Assembly: GCA_963727505.1 (NCBI GenBank) | Contig: CAVSGP010000004.1 | Location: 512,001 to 576,000 of the forward strand | Reading direction: 5' to 3' | Origin: an uncultured Trueperaceae bacterium | Lineage (GTDB): Bacteria; Deinococcota; Deinococci; Deinococcales; Trueperaceae | Length of the DNA stretch: 64,000 bases | Shown: positions 49,157 through 59,466 of the stretch, one piece after another | Layout of the letters: every line of letters starts with the position of its first letter | Position numbering within the stretch: position 1 is the first letter of the stretch | The notes under the pieces: generated by a model | Seen by the model: only the letters and a program-made list of their open reading frames with translations | Told to the model about the DNA's origin: nothing | Databases searched by the model: none | Translations under genes and position numbers: made by a program

Positions 49157-49333
49157 GGGAAATCTAGCACTTCACGTGAACGTGTGTTTGCGTATATATG
49201 CTGTCCCCAACAGTGCGGGGCACTTCTGACTGTGGCGTACTTCGTCTAGTGGCCTCGGGGCCGTGTAATAGAATCTAGTGCACAGGAACTGTGCTGGGTA
49301 GGAGGATACCGGCAAATACCGCCGCAGCGATCA

Positions 49334-51005
49334 ATGACGAAAGAAGTCGAGCAGCTCGTTCGCGAAAAGTATCCTGGCGTCCAACTCGATAGTGACGTCC
49401 AAGCATGGGCGTTCCTTGAGGAGTTCGACAAGGGTGTAGAAGCGTACTCCAAGAAGGTCAACCCTACGCCCGCAGATGATCGATGGGTAGGCGTATGTCT
49501 ATTTCAGTTGGTGCGTGACTTGGAGGCGCTGGAAGCACTCTACCGGGCGTTGAACCGGGGTGAGCCGGCTGCTCGCGTAAACATCGCCCATGTGCTCAGA
49601 TTTGTGGAGCGCGCAGAAGACGCATCCGAAGAACTGAGCAAGGTGAAGCCCGAGCAATTCTCGTCTTCATATGACCAAGTCCTGTATTTCAGGGTGTTGA
49701 GCATACACGAGGAAAACAATGGCAACCTAAGGGAGGCACTTAGGTCTGCCGAGGAAGCGTGGCGCCGAATTCAGGGCATACCGGAGTTTGGGCTTCTTGC
49801 CCCCCCCATCCTTGCCCAGCTTGCGACACTTCACGGCAGAATTGGTAGGTCGCAACGAGCGCTCTGGTTCCTCGAACGGGGACTACAACTTACGTCTGGT
49901 GCCGAGCTTCGAAAGCTCCAGCTAAGGCGCGCTTACGTCCTGATCAGTCTCGGCCGTTACCAGGAAGCACAATCTGAACTCGAAGCCCTGGACTTGGCGC
50001 ACGCTCCAGATATCTTCCAGCCGGAACGTCATTGGCTTCTTGGAGAAGTCGCAAGGTCCAGGGGAAACCTCTCAACGGCAATCCACGAATACGAGCAGGC
50101 AATTGAATTGTCGGTTCAATTGCAGATGGGCTACGAGGAGTTCCTCAGGCCGAATCCCGCTCATGGCCATCCTTGGAAACCAGCGGTGACTTCAGTGCGG
50201 CCGCCGAGCATGCTGCACGTGCCCAGACGCTTATCTCCGACAAGTCTGACAGGCTGGAGTTCCGATTTCGGGAAGTCCTCCTGCTTTACTGGCAAAGCAT
50301 ACACACGAGTGAGCACGCCATCGATAGAACTCGATGCGCTGATTGATGAGCTTGGGGCAATGGGCCTCTTGAAGGAGCAGGGCCACGTCCAACTCCACAA
50401 AGCAGAGATCCTCCGTGTCGCCGGAGGCGCCTTCGAAGTTGAGCTTGATAAGCTTCAGGCACTAAGCGTTACACTTCAGAATCCGGCGTTCCTAGCGCCT
50501 GAATGGTCGCTACTGCATGCGCTTGAGGAAGTTGCCAGGCGAACTCATCCGCGCATTGCCGGTCGAGCGCATAGCGCGCTTCGGATTGCTACGTTGGGCC
50601 AAGAGCTCACTTGAACTAGATTCGAGGCCAGTCAACATCCCACTCCGCAAGGGCGTCGAAGTTCTTGCGTACTTCCTCGAAAACAAGGCCGTCACCCTCA
50701 AACAACTCCTCGCCGAGGTCTTCCCCGACGACAAACCCCGGAGCGCAAAGTCGTACTTCCACCAGTTCCGCCACCAGCTTCGAGAGAATGTGGAGGGGCT
50801 CGAGATCGAATACGACGGAGAGTCCAAGATGTACCGACTCAAGAGCGAGATCGACATCGTTTGGGACGTGTCGGAACTCCGCGCCGGCCGGATCATGGGT
50901 AAGACCGGGCTCTTCTTGCCGAGTTCTGGCAACGACTGGGCGCTCGCCGTCGATCGATCCTTGGATCCCTCCCGGGAGGCGGTCGGAGTCCTCGAGGTGG
51001 TCTGA
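49334..51005 (+). CDS. TPR + C-terminal winged-HTH (SARP/OmpR-like) regulator, four +1 frameshifts
   Basis: TPR-like helices (LISLGRYQEAQSELE, GNLSTAIHEYEQAIEL); C-terminal LRKGVEVLAYFLE...LLAEVFPD...YFHQFRHQLRE in ORF 50517-51005; about 555 aa when repaired. Confidence 0.75.
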
Positions 51006-51049
51006 AACAGCACCGCAGGCGGGCCACCGCCTGTGCTATTCTTGTTTCG

Positions 51050-51114
51050 ACGGAAGAGATGGTGGTTGGGAGATCCCGGAGCGGCGGTTGGGAGCCACAA
51101 GCTCCGGGTTTTTC
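51050..51114 (+). ncRNA. Candidate G-rich sRNA (or 3' UTR element of the TPR gene)
   Basis: TG-c-TATTCT at 51034-51042; CGGAAGAGATGG and two GGTTGGGAG; stem CCCGGAGC/GCTCCGGG followed by TTTTT. Confidence 0.45.
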
Positions 51115-51180
51115 TGTGCCGTTGGGCGTTCGCTTCCAGAACCGCGAGCCGATCCCATGCCGACGGCCCGCCTGTCGGGG

Positions 51181-51214
51181 CTGTAAGAATCCTGTAAGAA
51201 TGCCTGGCTATACT
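51181..51214 (+). promoter_or_regulatory. Promoter with tandem direct repeats upstream of the -10 box
   Basis: CTGTAAGAAT at 51181 and 51192 (11-bp period), TATACT at 51209-51214. Confidence 0.65.
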
Positions 51215-51219
51215 CAAGT

Positions 51220-51307
51220 CGTGGACCTGAGGTAACTCTCCCAGTACCTCTTCCCATCTCTTCCGAACAACGGGCTCCGCGCCTCCCACGCGGAGTCCAA
51301 CTTTTTT
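51220..51307 (+). ncRNA. Candidate C/U-rich sRNA
   Basis: Follows the -10 box; CTCTCCCAGTACCTCTTCCCATCTCTTCCG; hairpin GGGCTCCGCG-CCTCCCA-CGCGGAGTCC then AAC-TTTTTT. Confidence 0.55.
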
Positions 51308-51538
51308 GGGCCCCTGCGATACAGGGGCGCGATGCACCGGGCCGTAGCATTACAGCCAGCATCGTGTGCTGACCCGTGCTCCGCGCGGAATATGGCGGGA
51401 ATATGGCGGTTCGGTACGGGCTGTGCAGCGACCCTCAACGACCGCGCTGTCGTACCGCATTTGCTTGCGGGGGACCCCGAAAGTGTGTTAAAAAGGGTAG
51501 TTGCCAGCTTACCCAAATCCGAGGAGGAAGCCCATTTC

Positions 51539-53776
<2,238 letters not shown>

Positions 53777-53794
53777 GCCCAGAACTGCCATAAC

Positions 53795-53829
53795 GAAGGG
53801 GCATCGCTCGCGACGAGCGATGCCCCTTC
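53795..53829. terminator. Hairpin between convergent rpsA and htpX-like genes
   Basis: GAAGGGGCATCGCTCG-CGA-CGAGCGATGCCCCTTC, 16-bp stem. Confidence 0.8.
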
Positions 53830-53888
53830 TGCTTGGACCTACGCTGACAGCACGAGCGCTGCCCTCGAGCGCCGGTCCGGCGACCGGT

Positions 53889-54863
53889 CTACATGCGCCG
53901 CAGCCGGTCGACCCTCTCCTGGATGGGCGGGTGGGTGGCGAAGAGGTCCACGCCGTTGTGCCTCGCAAGGGGATTCACGATGAACATGTGACGCACACCC
54001 TCGGAGACCTCGAGGCCGTCACCCTGGTAGCTGCCGAGCTTCTCCAGTGCACTGGCCAGGCCCTCCGGGTTGCGGGTGATGTACGCACCGGTGGCGTCGG
54101 CCAGGAACTCACGCCGGCGGCTCACAGCAAGCCTCAGGATGGTCGCCAGGATGGGACCGAGCACCAGAAGGGCGACCAGCAGGACCATCATGATGCCCTG
54201 GCCACGATTGTTGCCGCGGCCTCCGCCGCGACGGCTGCGCGACCCCCCCAACTCGCCGAACTGGAACCACCGCAGCACAAGGTCCCGCAGGATGACGATC
54301 GCGCCAATGGTCGCAGCCAGCATCGACAGGAACCGAATGTCGTAGTTGCGCACGTGCGCCATCTCGTGAGCGACCACGCCCTCGAGTTCCTGCCGGTCCA
54401 TCATGTCGATGAGACCGCGCGTCACCGCGATCGATGCGTGCTGTGGGTCGCGCCCGGTGGCGAAGGCGTTGGGCGCGGGTGAGTCGATGACGTAGATGCG
54501 GGGCGGGGGTACCCCCGCCCCGATGGCGACCGCCTCGGTGACGTTGACGAGGTAGCGGTGCTCGTCCTTGGTGGCCTTGCGGGCACCTGCTGCTCCCAGC
54601 GCGAGCTGATCGCTGAACCAGTACGCCACCACACTCTGCCCGGCCCCGATGACACCCGCCACCGACACGAAGAACAGGGCCGACCCTGGGTTCGTGACCT
54701 GCGCCAGCAGGTAGCCGATGGCACCGAGCAGCGCCACCATGATGAGCCCCAGCCCCCACGACATCCGGCGATTGGTCGCTTGCCAGTCCAGGAGGTTGAT
54801 ACGCCTCCCGGTGGCACCGTCGGTGATGACGTTCGGCAGGACCCCTGCGCCGCGTGACGTCAT
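53889..54863 (-). CDS. htpX: M48 zinc metalloprotease HtpX-like
   Basis: PNAFATG, AHEMAH, SRRREFLAD, ATHPP. Confidence 0.88.
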   Translation of the reverse strand: MTSRGAGVLPNVITDGATGRRINLLDWQATNRRMSWGLGLIMVALLGAIGYLLAQVTNPGSALFFVSVAGVIGAGQSVVAYWFSDQLALGAAGARKATKDEHRYLVNVTEAVAIGAGVPPPRIYVIDSPAPNAFATGRDPQHASIAVTRGLIDMMDRQELEGVVAHEMAHVRNYDIRFLSMLAATIGAIVILRDLVLRWFQFGELGGSRSRRGGGRGNNRGQGIMMVLLVALLVLGPILATILRLAVSRRREFLADATGAYITRNPEGLASALEKLGSYQGDGLEVSEGVRHMFIVNPLARHNGVDLFATHPPIQERVDRLRRM

Positions 54864-54886
54864 GATGGGTCTGTCGCCGGCTCAGC

Positions 54887-55441
54887 TCAGCCCGCGAACG
54901 ACACCTTCGGGACTTCGCGATCGGCTTCGGGGATCTCCAGGAAGACCGCCTGCTTCTTGTTCATGGGGCCGGCCAGGAACACGCCGGGGATGGTCTCGAT
55001 GGCGTTGTTGTACTGCAGCACGGCATCGTTGTAGAACTGACGGGCGTAAGCGATCTTGTTCTCGACGCTCGACAGCTCTTCCTGAAGCATCTTGAAGTTC
55101 TCGTTCGCCTTGAGCTCCGGGTAGTTCTCGGCGATGGCGAACAGCCGACCCAACGCACCCGTCATCTGGTTGGCGGCGTCCGCCGACTCGTTGACGCTCT
55201 TGGCATTCATGAGGGCCTGCCGCGACCGCGCGACCTCCTCGAACACGGTCTTCTCGTGGGCGGCGTAGCCCTTGACCGTCTCGACGAGGTTCGGGATCAG
55301 GTCGACGCGTCGCTTGAGCTGCACGTCGATCTGGCTCCATGCGTTCTGGAAGCGGTTCTCCAAACTGATGATCCGGTTGTAGACACTTACCGCCGAGATC
55401 GCCAGGATGGCCAGAATGACCAACACCACGATGGTCGCCAT
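54887..55441 (-). CDS. lemA: LemA family protein
   Basis: [30 protein letters not shown]. Confidence 0.93.
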   Translation of the reverse strand: MATIVVLVILAILAISAVSVYNRIISLENRFQNAWSQIDVQLKRRVDLIPNLVETVKGYAAHEKTVFEEVARSRQALMNAKSVNESADAANQMTGALGRLFAIAENYPELKANENFKMLQEELSSVENKIAYARQFYNDAVLQYNNAIETIPGVFLAGPMNKKQAVFLEIPEADREVPKVSFAG

Positions 55442-55533
55442 AAGACCTCCTAGCGTTCAGTGTATAGGACGCCACTACGACAGCAGGGGGAAAATCTACG
55501 ATGACAGGCGCAGCGCCCCGCAGGACATCGCCG

Positions 55534-56637
55534 TCAACGCAACCGCTCGCGGATGACGCCTCCACCGAGCAGGCGCTCTCCCTCGTACAGGACGGCGGAC
55601 TGACCGACCGTCACCGCGAATTGCGGCTCGTCGAAGTCGAGGCGGAAACCTTCGCCCGTTCGCGTCAGGGTCGCCGGTACCGGGCTCTGCCGGTAGCGCA
55701 CCTGCGCGTGGACCTGCCGCGGGAGGTCGGCCTCGCCCACCAGGAAGTTGCTGCGATCAGCCGTCAGGCCCGACCAGAAGCACATCTCTCGCGGGCCAAC
55801 GACCACCGTGTCGTCCTCGGGGCGGAGCTCGATGACGTAGCGCTCCAGATGCGACTTCCACAGGCCAAGCCCCTTCTTCTGGCCGATGGTGTAGAACTGA
55901 ACGCCCCGGTGCTCGCCCACCACGGCGTCGCCACGGCTGGCGTCCACGACAGGGCCCGGCCGCTCCTGGCTGGCGTCCTGCAGGTAGCCCCGAACCGTGT
56001 CCGGCACGAAGCACAGACCCGACGAGCTCTTCTTCTCGGCCGTGAGCAGACCGCGATCGGCCGCCAGGGAACGCACCTCGCCCTTGCTCAGCTCCCCCAG
56101 AGGGAACAGTAGGAAGGGCAGGATCTCGCGTGGCAGAGCCCACAGAAAGTAGGTCTGGTCCTTGTCGTCGTCCTGTCCACGGTGCAGCTCGACGCCGTCG
56201 GGCCCGTCGACGCGCCGCACGTAGTGGCCGGTGGCGAGGAAGTCGCACCCCAGCACTTGCGCACGCTCGATGAACGCGCCGAACTTGATGTGGCGGTTGC
56301 ACCATACGCACGGGTTCGGGGTCTCGCCGGCCTCGTAGCTCGGCACGAACGGATCGACCACGATCTCTTGGAAGCGCTCCCGGAAATCGAGCAGGTAGAA
56401 GGGGACGTCCACAGCGTCCGCCACGCGCCGCGCATCGTAGGCGGCCTCCGGGCTGCAGCACAGGTCGAAGGCGCCGGTTGGACAGTCGTCGGGCCAGAAG
56501 CGGGCCATCGTTCCGACGACCTCGAAGCCGCCCTCACGCAGCAAGGCGGTGGCGACCGACGAGTCCACACCGCCCGACATGGCGCTGAGCACCTTCGGGG
56601 CGGCGGCGGGGTTCGGGGTTGGGTCGAGCCGTTCCAC
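55534..56637 (-). CDS. mnmA: tRNA 2-thiouridine(34) synthase
   Basis: AMSGGVDSS, TPNPCVWCN, ATGHY, KDQTYFL; GTG start inferred. Confidence 0.95.
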   Translation of the reverse strand: MERLDPTPNPAAAPKVLSAMSGGVDSSVATALLREGGFEVVGTMARFWPDDCPTGAFDLCCSPEAAYDARRVADAVDVPFYLLDFRERFQEIVVDPFVPSYEAGETPNPCVWCNRHIKFGAFIERAQVLGCDFLATGHYVRRVDGPDGVELHRGQDDDKDQTYFLWALPREILPFLLFPLGELSKGEVRSLAADRGLLTAEKKSSSGLCFVPDTVRGYLQDASQERPGPVVDASRGDAVVGEHRGVQFYTIGQKKGLGLWKSHLERYVIELRPEDDTVVVGPREMCFWSGLTADRSNFLVGEADLPRQVHAQVRYRQSPVPATLTRTGEGFRLDFDEPQFAVTVGQSAVLYEGERLLGGGVIRERLR

Positions 56638-56742
56638 AGCCAACCAGTCTAGCCGACCCTGCCGCGCATGACCCCAGATGAGCGACACCCTGCCCCAGGG
56701 GCTGCCGGAACGTACGGTAGACTGGTCCGCACGGAGGTGGAT

Positions 56743-57111
56743 GTGAAAGGCGCTCGCATCCTGCAGCTCGTTCTGGTCATCCTGTTGGCGCTCTACATGG
56801 TGGCGTTCAACAATGTGAACCCGGATCCCCTGACGTTGCCGCTGCTCCCCATGCTGATCCCACTGCCGCCGGTGCTTGTGGTGATCGTCGCGTTGGTAGG
56901 CGGGTGGCTGCTCGGGTGGATCCCCGTCCGGATCGCGCTGTGGCGCCGCAGTAGTGAGACCCGTCGGCTGCGCCGGCGCCTGAGCGAGCTGGAGGGGGGG
57001 CATCCGTCGGGCGGAACGGCTCCCGCGGAGCGCGAGCCCGTCATCCCGGACCGTTTTCCTATCATCCCGGACCGGCCACCGCCTCCGGACGAGGAGACCG
57101 AGCCGTCGTGA
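56743..57111 (+). CDS. LapA-like small membrane protein
   Basis: GGAGG + GTG; two TM segments then basic coiled segment RRLRRRLSELE. Confidence 0.65.
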   Translation: MKGARILQLVLVILLALYMVAFNNVNPDPLTLPLLPMLIPLPPVLVVIVALVGGWLLGWIPVRIALWRRSSETRRLRRRLSELEGGHPSGGTAPAEREPVIPDRFPIIPDRPPPPDEETEPS

Positions 57112-59423
57112 CCCCGGCCGACGACCCTCGGCCGCCCTCGCCCGCCTGGTTCCTGCGTCCTCCTGCACCCCCGCAAGCCGTCCGTTCGCTGGCGCGCAGC
57201 CTCGGTGTGCCGCCGCTGCTGGCGGCCATGCTGTGGTCGCGGGGGCTGCGCGACGATGCTCCCGAGCACCTCAATCCGCCGCTCGAGCTCACCCGCATTC
57301 CCCACCTCGAGGCGGCCGCCGAGCGGCTCGAGCGAGCCATCCGCGGCGGTCAGCGCATCCTCGTGCACGGCGACTACGACGCCGACGGTATCAGCGGCAC
57401 CGCCGTCCTGACCCTGGGCCTGCGCGAGCTGGGCGCGAGCGTCGAGCCGTTCATCCCCGATCGGCTCACCGACGGTTACGGCATCCACCCCGACCGGGTG
57501 CCGGAACACGCGGAACGCTGCGAGCTGTTCGTCACCGTCGACTGCGGCATCTCCAACCTCGAGGAGATCCGCCGCCTCCAGGAGGCCGACGTCGACGTGA
57601 TCGTCACCGACCACCACACTCCAGGTGACGCCCGGCCCGACTGCCTGGTCGTCCATCCTGCCACCTCGCCGCTCGCCACCGACGGCCTGCCGCAGCTCAC
57701 CGGCGCCGGCGTGGCCTTCCACCTCCTGTGGGCGTTGCGCCTCCGCCTCGGACTCGAAAGGCCGGACGACTACGCCGATCTGGCGGCCATCGGCACCATC
57801 GCCGACGTCGCTCCGCTGCTGGGCGAGAACCGCGCCCTCATCGTGCCGGGCCTGGAGCGCCTGGCGGACTCGCGCTGGGCGGGCGTCCGGGCCATCGTCA
57901 AGCAGTCGCACCTACGCGGCGCGATCACCGCGCGGCAGGTGGCCTTCGTGGTCGCGCCGAGGCTCAACGCCGCCGGCCGGTTGGGCGAGGCCGATCTGGG
58001 GCTGGAGTTGCTCACCACGGCCAGCGAGCGCAGGGCCAGCGAGCTCGCCGCCTACCTCGATGCCCGAAATCAGGACCGGCGCCGCATCCAGGACGAGATG
58101 TTCGCCCAGGCTCTGGAGATCGTCGACCCGGAAGCTCCGGCGCTGGTGGTCGAGGACGCGCGCTGGCATCCCGGCGTCATGGGCATCGTCGCCTCGAAGT
58201 TGCTCGAGCGCTTCTACAAGCCCGTCTACATCGTCGCCAAGGGCAAGGGCAGCGTTCGCTCCACGCCCGGCATCTCCGCGGTCAACGGGCTCCGCGCCGC
58301 ATCCGAGCATCTGCTCCGTTACGGGGGCCATGCCCAGGCCGCCGGATTCGCCCTGGACATGGCGAAGCTGCCGGCGTTCCGTGACGCCATCCACACCTAT
58401 GCCTCGCGCTTCCCCCGCCCGCAGCCGCAGATCACGGCCGACGCCGTGCTCTCGGGCGAGGAGGTCGAACGGGGATTGTGGCAGGCCATCCGGACCCTCG
58501 AGCCCTTCGGGGAGGGCCATCCCGCACCGGTCTTCGCCCTCATCGATCGGCTCGACAGCGCCCGCGCCGTGGGACGCGAACGCGCCACGCTGCAGCTCAG
58601 GATCGGGGGTGTGAAGGGCGTGGCCTGGAAGATGGGCACGCTGGCAGACGCCTTGCCGCTGGGCGCGCCCGTCAACGCGGCCGTGACGCTGGCCGAGAGC
58701 GAGTGGCGCGACCGGAAGACCTTGGAGTTCGTGGCGGAGGCCGTACGCCCGTTCGAGCGCCTGCCGCTTGTTCCGGTCGAAGGAGGTGCCGGCGCGGCCG
58801 ACCCCGGCATCCCCCGCGTGATCCGCGGCAGTTTGCCTGACGTCCGCCCCCTGGACGCTCCGGACCTCGACGCGCTGGTCGCCAGCCCGAACGGTCCGCC
58901 GCACGCCGTCTCTGCCGTCTGGCTCCGCCGGCTTCCGGACGACGACGCCGTCCACGCACTGCGCGCGGTGATGGCGCGTGCGTCGCGGATCGGATTCGAC
59001 CTGGACGCCTCCGCGCTCGCCGCGCTGCAAACCCAGGCGCTGCGCTTCCCCACCGTGGACGAGGTGCGACGTGGCTTCGTGGCTCTGCGGCGGGGCCTCG
59101 CGCTGCCCTTCGAAGGAGCCAAGGCCGCGCGCACCCGGGCGGCGCTGGAGGAGCTCGAGCTCGTGGACGGCAGTGGCCGCGTGCTGAGCGGACAGAAGCG
59201 CGATCCCTACTCCTCGGATACCCTGCTCGACGGCCTGCTGCAGCGCCACCTGCTGCTGCGCTTCGTCACCGCCTACCGCTTCCTCGATGACGCCGGCTTC
59301 GCTCGCAGCGTGGAGACCCTCTTCGGCGCGAACGCAGCGCTTTCCGATGAAGCCGCGGCGCGCGCCGCGGGGGCGCTGCCGACCTCACCGAAGGTCGTAT
59401 CGGATGGCATCGCCGGCCGTTGA
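57108..59423 (+). CDS. recJ: ssDNA exonuclease RecJ
   Basis: GDYDADG, TVDCG, TDHH, PRLNAAGR, GGHAQAAG. Confidence 0.95.
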   Translation: MTPADDPRPPSPAWFLRPPAPPQAVRSLARSLGVPPLLAAMLWSRGLRDDAPEHLNPPLELTRIPHLEAAAERLERAIRGGQRILVHGDYDADGISGTAVLTLGLRELGASVEPFIPDRLTDGYGIHPDRVPEHAERCELFVTVDCGISNLEEIRRLQEADVDVIVTDHHTPGDARPDCLVVHPATSPLATDGLPQLTGAGVAFHLLWALRLRLGLERPDDYADLAAIGTIADVAPLLGENRALIVPGLERLADSRWAGVRAIVKQSHLRGAITARQVAFVVAPRLNAAGRLGEADLGLELLTTASERRASELAAYLDARNQDRRRIQDEMFAQALEIVDPEAPALVVEDARWHPGVMGIVASKLLERFYKPVYIVAKGKGSVRSTPGISAVNGLRAASEHLLRYGGHAQAAGFALDMAKLPAFRDAIHTYASRFPRPQPQITADAVLSGEEVERGLWQAIRTLEPFGEGHPAPVFALIDRLDSARAVGRERATLQLRIGGVKGVAWKMGTLADALPLGAPVNAAVTLAESEWRDRKTLEFVAEAVRPFERLPLVPVEGGAGAADPGIPRVIRGSLPDVRPLDAPDLDALVASPNGPPHAVSAVWLRRLPDDDAVHALRAVMARASRIGFDLDASALAALQTQALRFPTVDEVRRGFVALRRGLALPFEGAKAARTRAALEELELVDGSGRVLSGQKRDPYSSDTLLDGLLQRHLLLRFVTAYRFLDDAGFARSVETLFGANAALSDEAAARAAGALPTSPKVVSDGIAGR

Positions 59424-59466
59424 GCGGCCTGGCCGAACTCCGTGAGGCGCGTGCGATACTGACGGC

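Noticed and set aside
48570..49194. MITE/IS bounded by the 12-bp inverted repeat
   Set aside because: No target-site duplication, no transposase and no second copy in the window
44770..50615. Programmed ribosomal frameshifting in the TPR genes
   Set aside because: Five independent +1 insertions without slippery heptamers; sequencing error or decay is simpler
42900..51300. Prophage or integrative element
   Set aside because: No integrase, att-like repeats, tRNA or phage genes seen
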